From: Chiloscyllium plagiosum
Taxonomy: Eukaryota
Assembly: GCF_004010195.1 (NCBI RefSeq)
Contig: NC_057719.1
Location: 41,640,910-41,689,204, forward strand
Length of the DNA: 48,295 nucleotides
Direction of reading: 5' to 3'
Position 1 is the first letter of the stretch; every line of letters starts with the position of its first letter. Position numbers and translations under genes: made by a program. The notes beneath the pieces are model-generated. The model ran no database searches, was not told the origin of the DNA, and saw only the letters and a program-made list of their open reading frames with translations. Below, piece after piece: positions 36,766 through 47,775 of this stretch.

Positions 36766-39700
36766 ACCGTACAGACTACAGATTCAAAACCACCAGAAAC
36801 AGTTCTCCTTCCGGATCCTCCGCTCCACACTCACAGCAATGCTCCGGCACCGAACCTCTCTACAGTCAGCCCTGCCTCAGCTGAGGGCCACACTCTCTCA
36901 GAACTGCAAAGGACCCACTCTATACTATATTCTAAGAAGAATTCATACTCTCAACAAACAGTATGTCAACACCATCTCAAACATCAAAAACTGTAAGTAC
37001 AACAAACTTTTACACACACCACCTCCATAACCAGTGCTCCTCAAACATTCCAGAGGATTCCCCCGACCTCTGGAACTGCTCAGATGCCATTAGCCATGTG
37101 GCTGGTACAGCTACTATCCCCACGGTGATCGATGACATCACTTCCACCCCCATCATGGCCACTTACGCCCCTCACAATTCCTTATGCATCACACGTAACA
37201 TCACTTTTGCCTCCCACGTCATCACTGACGCCACGCGTTCAGCGACTTCCGCCCCCCTCTACTGCTGTGTTCACCACCACTTCTGCCCCCACCAATGCCA
37301 CTCACCTGCATTCTGGCCAAGTTTTCACCATCCCTCCAGACCTCCCCCTTACTGAGGACGAAAGATCAGTCCTCAGCAAAGGACTCACCTTCATCCCCCT
37401 CCGCCCACACATCAATGAATTTAATACACATCGTACGTCGATCCCTTCTTCTGCCACCTCCGCCTCCGAGCTTACTTTTACAATCAGGACTCCCGCCCAC
37501 CTTCCGAGGACCCCTTCGCCCGCCTCCAACACACTCCATCCACCTGGACACCCCGTGCTGGCCTCTTACCTGCCCTTGACCTCTTCATTTCCAACTGCCA
37601 TGGAGACATTAACTGCCTCAAATGTCTATCCCCCCTCCCCCATTCCAACCTCTCAACCTCACAACACGCTGCCCTCCACTCCCTCTGCTCCAATCCAACC
37701 TCACCATCAAACCAGCGGATAAAGGGAGCGCAGTGGTAGTCTGGTGCACTGACCTCTACACCGCTGAAGCCAGATGCCAACTCAAAGACACCTCTTCCTA
37801 CCGCCCCCTCGACCGTGACCCCACCCCCCATCACCAAACCATTATCTCCCAGACGATACAGAACTTCATCACCTCAGGAGATCTCCCACCCACAGCTTCC
37901 AACCTCGTACTCCGGGAACCCCTCACCGCCCGATTCTAACTCCTTCCCAAGATCCACAAGCCTGACCATCCTGGCTGACCCACTGTCTCAGCCTGCTCCT
38001 GCCCCATCGAACTCACCTTCACCTACCTCGACACTATCCTATCCCCCTAATCCACGAATTCCCCACATATGTTCGAGACACCACCCACGCCCTCCACCTC
38101 CTCTAAGACTTCCGTTTCCCCGGCCCCCAATGCCTCATCTTCACCATGGATATCCAATCCCTCTACACCTCCATCCGCCATAACCAGGGCCTCCAAGCCC
38201 TCCGTTTCTTCCTCTCCCGACATCCCCAACAGTACCCTTCCACTGACACTCTCATTCGTTTGGCCGAATTGGTTCTCACCCTTGACAATTTCTTCTTCGA
38301 ATCCTCCCACTTCCTCCAGACCAAAGGGGTAGCCATGGGCACACGTATGGGCCCCAGCTATGCTTGTCTCTTTGTTGGCTACGTAGAACAGTCCATCTTC
38401 CATAGTTACACCTGCACCGTTCCCCACTTCTTCCCCCGCAACATTGATGACTGCATTGGCGTCACCTCGTGCTCCCGCGAGGAGGTTGAGCAATTCATCA
38501 ACTTCACCAACACATTCCNNNNNNNNNNNNNNNNNNNNNNNNNNNNNNNNNNNNNNNNNNNNNNNNNNNNNNNNNNNNNNNNNNNNNNNNNNNNNNNNNN
38601 NNNNNNNNNNNNNNNNNNNNNNNNNNNNNNNNNNNNNNNNNNNNNNNNNNNNNNNNNNNNNNNNNNNNNNNNNNNNNNNNNNNNNNNNNNNNNNNNNNNN
38701 NNNNNNNNNNNNNNNNNNNNNNNNNNNNNNNNNNNNNNNNNNNNNNNNNNNNNNNNNNNNNNNNNNNNNNNNNNNNNNNNNNNNNNNNNNNNNNNNNNNN
38801 NNNNNNNNNNNNNNNNNNNNNNNNNNNNNNNNNNNNNNNNNNNNNNNNNNNNNNNNNNNNNNNNNNNNNNNNNNNNNNNNNNNNNNNNNNNNNNNNNNNN
38901 NNNNNNNNNNNNNNNNNNNNNNNNNNNNNNNNNNNNNNNNNNNNNNNNNNNNNNNNNNNNNNNNNNNNNNNNNNNNNNNNNNNNNNNNNNNNNNNNNNNN
39001 NNNNNNNNNNNNNNNNNNNNNNNNNNNNNNNNNNNNNNNNNNNNNNNNNNNNNNNNNNNNNNNNNNNNNNNNNNNNNNNNNNNNNNNNNNNNNNNNNNNN
39101 NNNNNNNNNNNNNNNNNNNNNNNNNNNNNNNNNNNNNNNNNNNNNNNNNNNNNNNNNNNNNNNNNNNNNNNNNNNNNNNNNNNNNNNNNNNNNNNNNNNN
39201 NNNNNNNNNNNNNNNNNNNNNNNNNNNNNNNNNNNNNNNNNNNNNNNNNNNNNNNNNNNNNNNNNNNNNNNNNNNNNNNNNNNNNNNNNNNNNNNNNNNN
39301 NNNNNNNNNNNNNNNNNNNNNNNNNNNNNNNNNNNNNNNNNNNNNNNNNNNNNNNNNNNNNNNNNNNNNNNNNNNNNNNNNNNNNNNNNNNNNNNNNNNN
39401 NNNNNNNNNNNNNNNNNNNNNNNNNNNNNNNNNNNNNNNNNNNNNNNNNNNNNNNNNNNNNNNNNNNNNNNNNNNNNNNNNNNNNNNNNNNNNNNNNCTC
39501 CTCTCTGACCTATCACCTCCATCCCCACCCCCACCCCCATTCACCTATTGTACTCTTTGCTAACTTCTCTCCAGCATATATATATATACATACACACACA
39601 CACTCTCTTATCTCTCCACCCTGGACGCTCCCTGCCTCTATTCCTGATGAAGGGTTTTGCCCGAAACGTCAATTTTCCTACTTCTCGGATGCTGCCTGAC

Positions 39701-39770
39701 CTGCTGTGCTTTTCCAGCACCACACTGATCTAAACTCTGGTTTCCAGCATCTGGGGTCCTCACTTTGCCT
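36766..39770 (+). mobile_element. Penelope-like retroelement (family A), large inactivated copy spanning the gap
   Basis: SVLSKGLTF, IKPADKGSAVVVW, MDIQSLYTSI, QTKGVAMGTRMGPSYACLF, RNIDD motifs with stops and frameshifts. 3' end carries hammerhead CTGATGA(39644)...GAAACGTC. Continuity across the gap is assumed. Confidence 0.85.
38519..39497. other. Assembly gap (979 N)
   Basis: Run of N. Confidence 1.
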
Positions 39771-40744
39771 AAGGATACCTTGCCTACCGTTCAAAATAGT
39801 GGCATGTGATCTTTCACATTCATCACAGAGGCCTTGATTTAACATCTCAACCAAAAGCTGAGTCCTAGTCTCAAATGCTGCATTTATTAGGGGACCATTC
39901 TTTAAAGCAATATACATCTTTTTTTTCTACAAAGGGAGGAGTGAATATACTGGACTGATACAAGTCAAAGCTATTACCTTACACTTCAAAACAGTAGTTT
40001 CGGACTTACTAAATAAAAAAAAGTGAATATTTGCTGTGTTTTAGTAAATGTTTGCTAAAAGGAAGGTGTAAGCTTGAGTATTCAAAGTATCAGTGTTCAG
40101 TAAACTTGGGACACAGGCTAAGTAGTTCACTAAAACTTTAAATGAAGCTCATTGAATGATAAATACGAAAAGGATTCAGAAGAGAAAGGTCAACACCTGC
40201 CAGAATATCCTGAAGAGGGAGCTGTTTTATCTATTTGTCAGCAGAGAATTCTTGAAGATATTTAACAAGATGCTATGGCACCACAGGGAGCATGTTTAAA
40301 TCAGCATATATAAACAAGATGAAATGTCATTCCTCAGCAAAAGCTTTATAGTAGAGAATTTATCAATGTAAGCCTGTTTGCAGAACTCTGACACTTATAT
40401 ACAAAGGACAAAAAATACACAATCATTAAAATTTCCATTGGCATCTTAGAGACAATTTATGATTATATCTTTTGATTATATTTAGTTATTTAACTGAGAA
40501 AAGAAATCTAACTCTGAGGGACTTGCACTTCAAAAATATTTGTCATAACTTTGTAGATATTGGGTGGAATCTTCCGAGCCCCTTAATAACATGGGAACTT
40601 GTGAGTCAATTGGAAAAATATGGCGTGTTTGACAAAAACATGAGTCTCGATTGTTGAGAACAAAAATGTCCAATTCTGCAACTAATTTTGAACAGCGAGA
40701 CAAAAATCTTGCTAGTGAGCTTTGAGATGCCTATTTGCATGCAT

Positions 40745-40905
40745 TAGCATTGGAATTCCCTCCCGAATAGCACTGTGGGTCTATTTAAAGCACATAGACT
40801 GCTGCAGTTTAAGAAAGCGGCTCACCACCATCTTCTCAAAGGCAACTATGGATGAGCAATAAACGCTGGCTAGCTAGTGATGCCTATGTCCCACGAGTGA
40901 ATTAT
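40745..40905 (+). mobile_element. LINE 3' end (CR1-like), same family as 44385-45165
   Basis: GCAGTTTAAGAAAGCGGCTCACCACCATCTTCTCAAAGGCAACTA...GCAATAAACGCTGGC. Confidence 0.6.
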
Positions 40906-41301
40906 AGAAAATGTCATTCATACCTAATCTCACTTCATTGATATGCATTTTTCTATTCTCCCACTTGCCAGAGAGGAACTAGATGGTGACAGTTCTTGAT
41001 ATGGAACTCAGAGCAGGAACCTAGTTACTGCCACACTCCTGCAGGCCTCCATCTTGAACATCAGTCTTCAATGTCTCAGGGTATGCTCCATGGGCAGTGA
41101 CCACCTATACCCTTCTCCATTCATGAAGGTTGGCATTGCACACTCAGCAGCTTCATCACGTCACCATGACATATCCCTGAGCCATTTACAATACAGTTCC
41201 CTACTTCAGTGCTGAACAATAAAATCCATCAGCACCATACATTGGAATACTGCTTCCAGGACAGTTTGAGAGCAGGGACCAGGCACCTATCTCATAGATT
41301 C

Positions 41302-41543
41302 TGGATTAGTGGTAGAGCACAGCAGTTCAGGCAGCATCAAATGAGCAACGAAATCGATGTTTCGGGCATCTTCCGCCTCGGAACACTTCAACCCCAGGGC
41401 ATCAATGTAGACTTCAACAGTTACGCTTCAGGCTCTCTGCCTTTATTCCTGATGAAGGGCTTTTGCCCGAAATGTCAATTTCGCTGCTCCTTGGATGCAG
41501 CCTGAACTGCTGTGCTCTTCCAGCAACTGTAGTCATTGTTTTT
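41302..41543 (+). mobile_element. Mosaic short PLE family A insertion
   Basis: 17-bp direct repeat ACCTATCTCATAGATTC (41285-41301, 41544-41560). Contains an inverted arm, a fragment coding IFRLGTLQPQGINVDFNS, then the hammerhead unit (CTGATGA at 41449). Confidence 0.85.
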
Positions 41544-41769
41544 ACCTATCTCATAGATTCAACCAGTGTCCACCTTCACCGTCCTTGCTTACTGTCTGAG
41601 CTTTCACTCACTTTGTACCTATTTGGATTCTTACAGCGCCACTGATTTGCTTAGCTTGCCTTTTTGAGCTTGGCCATCTCAGCCTCGGTTTAAAAGCTCA
41701 CAATACTTCTGTCTTTCCTTGCCTTTTAGCCATACTCAAAGAACGCTACGTTAGTTAAGTGGAGAAAAA

Positions 41770-42495
41770 TTGCTGAAAATTGCAACTCAAAGGGACTTGG
41801 AGGTGTTTGGTGCACAAAACACAGAAGACTAGCACAGAGATGCAGCAGGTAATCAAGAAGACTAGTGGAATGTCAACCCTTATTTCAAGGGGTTTGGAGC
41901 ATAAGAGTAGGGAGGTCCTCCATCAACTGTACAGGGTGCATCTGGAATACTGCAAGCAGTTGTGGTCCCCTTATTTAGGGCAAGATATAATTTCAGTGGA
42001 GACAGTTCAGAGAGAAGGTTCACTAGGATGACTGGTGGTATGGAGGGATTGTCTTACAAGCAAAGGTTAAATAAGTTGGGACGCTCCTCACTAGAGTTTA
42101 GAAGCATGAGATGGCGATCTCATTTGAAACATATAGGATTCTTAAGGGGCTTGACAGGGTAAATGCTGAGAGGATGTTTCCCCTCATGGGAGAGTCCAGG
42201 ACCAGAGGGCATAGTCTCAGAATAAAAGGGCGCCAATTTCAGAAGGAGATGAAGAGGAATTTCTTCTTTCACATAGTTGTGAGTCTTTGGAACTCAGAGA
42301 GCTGTTGAGGCAGAGTCCTTGTGATTGTTTAATACTGAGATAGACAGTTTCTTGATCAGTGAAGGACTCAAGCGCTACGGGGAAAGAGCAGAAAGGTGAA
42401 TGTGAGAAATGTCAGATCAGCCACGAAGCTATTGAATAGTGGAGCAGGCTCAAGAGGCCAAATGGCCTCGTCCTGTTCCATTTCTATGGTCTTGT
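41770..42495 (+). mobile_element. CR1 LINE 3' fragment
   Basis: HLEYCKQLWSPY, LSYKQRLNKLG, TRGHSLRIKG motifs. Confidence 0.85.
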
Positions 42496-42834
42496 GATCA
42501 AGCAGCTTCTCAGAACAAATGGGTGTCGGCAGTCATCAGTTGTGAATACATTGCTACCTTATCATGCTAGAGGCATTTCACACCTGCAGCATGTACCAGT
42601 ATGATATGTGGGTAACACATTTTATGTGGTTCAACCCACGGGACATGTCTCAATGTCCTCGGTCAGGCCATCAGTCAGGGGGTCCCTGCAAAGTAAAATC
42701 TGATAATAGTCCAGGACTTGGAGACAGTCAGTCAGTTATTTGGGGCAGTGAACATCAAGGAGGTCCACATCACTACAATCTGGGAATAGACTGTGGTCAG
42801 ACCTGCAGGTCCAGTGCTACCACAGTGGGGCATT

Positions 42835-43030
42835 TGTTTTTATTCGTACGTCGGACTTGGGTGTCTCTGGTTAGGCCAGCATTTATTACTCTTTTATAAT
42901 TGCCCAGAGAACACTCAGTCAACCATGTTACTGTAGTTTTGGAGTCACATGTAAGCCAGACTAGGGAAGGTTGGTAGAATTTCCTCTTCCTTGTAGGGCA
43001 CTAGTGAACTCAATGGGTTTTCATAACAAT
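42835..43030 (-). mobile_element. SINE 3' part (family of 18052-18182)
   Basis: GGCCAGCATTTATT...TGGAGTCACATGTAAGCCAGACTAGG. Confidence 0.6.
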
Positions 43031-43068
43031 CAACAACTGTTACGTGGTTAGCATAAGGCTGACCAGTG

Positions 43069-43345
43069 AGGCAGCATGGTGGCTTAGTGGTTAGCACTGC
43101 TGCCTCATAGCAACAGAGTTCCAGCCTCAAGTGACTGTCTGTGTGGGGTTTGCACATTCGCCCTAGGTCTGCATGGGTTTCCTCCCACAATTCAAAGATA
43201 TGCAGGTCAGGTGAATTGGCCGTGCTAAATTGCCCGTAGTGTTAGGTGCATTAGTCAGAGGGAAGTGCGTCTGGGTGGGTTACTCTTTGGAGGGTCGGTG
43301 TGGACTGGTTGGGCCGAAGGGCCTATTTCCACACTGTCGGGAATC
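43069..43345 (+). mobile_element. HE1-type SINE
   Basis: GGCAGCATGGTGGCTTAGTGGTTAGCACTGCTGCC head; GGGCCGAAGGGCCTATTTCCACACTGT tail. Confidence 0.85.
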
Positions 43346-44107
43346 GAATTGAGATTTTAGTGTTCCAGTCGATGTCTGTTCATAGATTCACATGAATTCC
43401 ACAGATTCACCAACCTCTGGGAGAGGATCTTGCTCATCTGTGTCTGTAATGGGTAATCCCTTACTCTGAGGTTATTCTTTCTGGTCCTAAACTATATCAC
43501 AATGGGAAACAATCTTGTTGCTTGTCCTCTGTTATGTCTCCAAAAGAATCTGTTTATTTCAATAAGGTCACCTCTCATTCTTCTAAACTCCACTGACTAC
43601 TGGCCCAATCTACTCAACCTCTCCTCCCATGACAACCTCTTCATATCTTCAATCAACTTGTGTTAATCAAATTGTGTGGGAGGAATACAACCATCAATGT
43701 TGAGCACCACAAACAGAACAGGACTAAATTGACTCCAACAATCATGAACTGGGTGCAACGTTCACTCATTGACCACAAGATTGTTGTTGAACAAAAGGAA
43801 AGCAGACTCCATCTGTTCACAGAAGCAAACATGATGTTTGTCCACTTGTTTTCTTTTTCACTTTTGCTATTGCTCAATAAAAGTAAAAGCTTCAAAAATT
43901 TGAAAGCTTTCCAGTGTGTGATAACCCCACAATGAACAATGACATGATGTCATACTACAATAGATGTTAGGGAAAGAGGAGCATTCACTTCACTAGGGTT
44001 CGGAGATGGGATAATGCTGAGGATGGATAACTTGTGTGGGTTAGATCTTACATCTGCAGTTACAATTACGGCTAAAACAGTAATAAATGCATGGATGTAC
44101 GCTTATA

Positions 44108-44331
44108 CATGCAGGGAAAACAGCCTGTTCCGCCTCTCCCTATAGCTCAAATCCTCCAATCTTGGCATCATCCTTGTAAATCTTTTCTGAACCCTTTCAA
44201 GTTTCACAACATCTTTCCAATAGGAAGGAGACCAAAATTGCACGCAATGTTCCAACAGTGGCCTAACCAATGTCCTGTACAGTCGCAGCATGACCTCCCA
44301 ACTCCTGTACTCAATACTCTGACCAATAAAG
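44108..44331 (-). mobile_element. CR1 LINE internal fragment
   Basis: LYRTLVRPLLEHCVQFWSP...LERVQKRFTRM. Confidence 0.9.
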
Positions 44332-44384
44332 GATGCAATCAAATGCAATCTTCTGGAGACATATGTAGAAGTTATTTTGCACTT

Positions 44385-45165
44385 TTTGCTTATTAATTGA
44401 CAGGACGTGGATGCTGCTCACTGTGCTGACATTTATTGACGTGCCCTGGAGAAGGTGGTTCTTGAACCACTGCAGCCCATGGTAAGTAAGTAGATTCACA
44501 ATGCATGCATGAAAGATAGTGAAGGAATGGCAATTATATTTCCAAATTAGGAAGATGTGTAGTTTGGAAGGGAACTTGCAGGTGATAGCGTTTCCATGTA
44601 TCTGCTACCCTTGTCTTTCCAAATGGTAGGGACTGTGGTTTGAAAGGTGTTACCAAAGAAGCCTTGGTGAGGTACTGTAGTGCAATAAACACTGCTGCCA
44701 CTGAGTATCAGTGCTGAAGGAAGTGAATGTTAAAGGTGGTGCATGGAGATTACTCAAACTGACAGCATTGTGCTGGATATTGTGAGCTTCTTGAGTATTG
44801 TTGGAGCTGTCTTCATCCAAGTGAGTGGGAAGTATGCCACTACACCCCTGACCAGTGTTTCCACTAATTTTCTTTCCAGATGCTAGGTCGCTGAGTCTCT
44901 GAGGGCAGCGACTTCTGGAAGCGGAGGTCAATGCCGTGGTCAGCGTGCTGACATCACTGTGTGTGGAACCATGCAGCAGCTGTGTGCATGTGTAGCCCCA
45001 AAACTGAGAGGGAAAATTGCGACTGACTTGTGCCTTGTAGGTGGTGGAAAGGCTTTGGAGAGTCAGGAGCTGAGTTAGTCACTACCAAAATTCTAACCTT
45101 TGACCTGCTCTTGTACTCACCATATCGATATCACTGGTCTAGTTCAATGCTGTCTCCCAAGATGT
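44385..45165 (-). mobile_element. Decayed LINE 3' region (CR1-like)
   Basis: Reverse complement of the 40745-40905 tail at the left end. GACTTGTGCCTTGTAG (YKAQV-like on the minus strand) lies further in. Confidence 0.6.
44853..45019. mobile_element. 167-bp hAT-like MITE inserted in a LINE
   Basis: Imperfect TIRs CAGTGTTTCCACTAATTTT / AAACTGAGAGGGAAAATTG. 8-bp TSD CCCCTGAC (44845-44852) / CGACTGAC (45020-45027), 6/8 match. Confidence 0.6.
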
Positions 45166-45669
45166 TCACCTAGCAATCTCCAACCAACTCCAGATGAATA
45201 ACCAATACATTAATTTTGCTGATGATTTAATATTGACAGGTGACATTTTATCTTTCCTTCGAATTGTATTATATAATTTTGAATGTCCACCAGGAAGGGG
45301 AAGGGCAGAACAGGAGCTAAACATCTCATATGATGTGATGAGCCCCATAGAGACACTACACCTTGAACACTATCTTACAGCATCAGCTAGCACCCATGAC
45401 GTTCCATCTTCAGCATGTCCATAATCCATTCAATGTAAAACTAAGAGGGAATTAATGATGGTGTGAATTCCTGAATATATGCAATAATAGAATGGGATAA
45501 ACCTATCTTTTTCAGGATTTAGTTTGTGTAAACAAGGTTAGTTTATTTCTAAAGAGAAGGTTTAAAATATAACCCTAACCCTTACAGCATGTGTCGAAAT
45601 CAAACTCAATTCCAGAAGAAGTAAATGAGTTCCAACCAACAATACCATTAAAGAAATGGGGAATGGGAA

Positions 45670-46190
45670 CACTATGGTTTTGTTACTGGACTATTAATCC
45701 ATTATCTCAGATTAGTGCTCTAGAGAAATGCGTTCAAATTCAACAGAGGTTTTACATTTAATTAGTTAATAAAGCGGCAATGAAAAGTTGATGTGATGTG
45801 AATAATAAATGATCATGAAACTATCAAGTTGTTGTGAAGACCCATCCAGGTCATTCATAACCTTTAGAGAGGAGCCCAGCTATCCACTTCCGGTCTACAT
45901 GTGACTCTAGCTGTACAACAATGTCATTGACTCCAGTTGCCTTCTGTCACAACCAATGATAAAGTGACCATGTGATAAAAAGCACTCACTGCCAGATGTG
46001 GCTCAAAAAGGCAGCTCACTGGCACTGAAGAAGGGCTAATGCCCGAAACATCGATTCTCCTGTTCCCTAGATGCTGCCTGATCTGCTGCGCTTTTCCAGC
46101 AACACATTTCCAGCTCACTGGCACTGCCTCACGGCAAAGTCAAGATGGACGATAAAAGTGAACTTTGCTCACATGCCAAACATGAATGAA
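45670..46190 (+). mobile_element. Old tRNA-derived SINE hosting a family A unit
   Basis: TTACTGGACTATTAATCC...GTTCAAATTC head; GGTCTACATGTGACTCTAG body shared with 18052-18182. Confidence 0.55.
46025..46116 (+). mobile_element. Tail-less ~90-bp family A hammerhead unit
   Basis: CTGAAGA-A-GGGC-TAAT-GCCC-GAAACATC. 16-bp direct repeat CAGCTCACTGGCACTG at 46012-46027 and 46111-46126. Confidence 0.85.
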
Positions 46191-46511
46191 AACTTTTGAG
46201 TGCGTAGACACTATAGTTAATAATAACTATTAATTAAAGCAGGTACACCAGAAGTAAGCTGATTAGTGGGTGCATCCTCATTGGCAATCACTTGCTAATG
46301 GGTATGATTGTCAGTCTGGGAAATTCCATTGTGGCGAGTGGTCGAGTTCTGCTGGGGAGATGAGTCACCTTTTAAAATGGGAATGCTGATGCACATCAGC
46401 AGATACACAGTCCTTGATGGAAGGTAGATCCAGTTTCAGTGGCAAGGAAATCTTGATGACTGAGGATCTCCCTACTACTGTAACCTTCAACCACTGTCAC
46501 AGACATTGACG

Positions 46512-47775
46512 TTTTTTTTAATTTCAGAAACACATTTATTCATAAAAATATCATATAAAAATATCACTTAAGGCAGTTTGGTTCTGTACGACAGTATATG
46601 AATAAACAAGCAACATTAAGTTTGACTTTATCTAGCAAACAAACCCAAGACATTTGTTACTTTTCCAAGATTATACTTATGTATATTTGAGGCATTGGCA
46701 GTGTCCGATAACTGAACGGATCCCCATTTACCTTCAGCAGGAAGACCTCAGACCGCAGTCTTTCCCCATGGTACCTTGGCAGTAGCTGGCCCAAGCTTTA
46801 GTGCCTTCATCAGCATTTAATCCTGGACCTTGGAATGTGCCTGTCTGCAACACTCAGTCAAGGGCAACTCCTTGTTCTAGAAGACAAGTTTCAGGCAGGC
46901 CAAAGAGCATCTTTCACCGAGTTGATGGTCCTCCAGGCATTATTGATGTTTGCCTCAGTGTGCGTCCTGGAGAACCGACAGCAGAGCACAGAGTCCCACA
47001 TCACGGAGCTGCTCAGGAGGAACTTCAACACAAACCACTGCATCTTTCTCCAGACTTCCTTTGCAAAGGCACATTCCAGAAGGAGGTGTGTGACAGTCTC
47101 TACCCACCCACCAGCAACCACTTCAGGGCAGCGTGTGGTGGCACAGACGAACTGGGCACAGACGAAGGATCTCACAGGTAATGCCTTTCTCACACCAGTC
47201 AAGTAATGTTGTGGTGTTTGTTAGAAAGTTCTGGTGATGGGGCATTCTGCCAATGACTTTGACAGTCTGCTCAGGGAACCACGCGACAGGATCCACCCTC
47301 TCCTTTTCCCACAGGGTCTCGAGGATGCTGTCCACTTCCTGGTGGACTGTGAGTCAAAGGTGTTTTCCTTCACAAATTTTTCCACAAAGGACAGGTGATA
47401 TGGCATAGTCCAACTACTTGGAGCATTCCACGGCAGCGAGGTCAGGCCCATTCTTCACCACATAAGGTCAGGTAAAACCTCATTACGTAGTAACACTTAG
47501 TATTTGTGTACCGAGAGTATACACACAGCTTGATGCAGCCACACACAAAGGTGGCCATCAGGATGAAGACGGCATTGGGTATGTTCTCCTCCCGCTCCTT
47601 ATCCAGAGTTTTGTACATGGTGTCCCTGCAGACACAGATCATTTTAGATCTCCAGATGAAGTGGAATATGACATGGGTGACTGTAATAGTGCAGGTTTTT
47701 GAATGGGCCAGACCTGTGCCACGTACAAGAACAGACAAATACCTCACACCCGATGACCAGGTTTTTACCCACAAT
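46512..47775 (-). mobile_element. L1/Tx1-clade LINE 3' region
   Basis: KALPVRSF...CP...ETVTHLLLECAFAKEVW (CCHC-type C-terminus), FHFIW motif, AATAAA and A-rich tail on the minus strand near 46512-46540. Confidence 0.8.

Noticed and set aside
38047..39699. Long ORFs of 346-517 aa
   Set aside because: Artefacts of translating through the N gap.
43653..43935. Overlapping 80-91 aa ORFs on both strands
   Set aside because: No recognisable domain or convincing splice signals.
45194..45424. ORF with FADD (RT-like motif)
   Set aside because: No other RT motifs nearby; likely chance.
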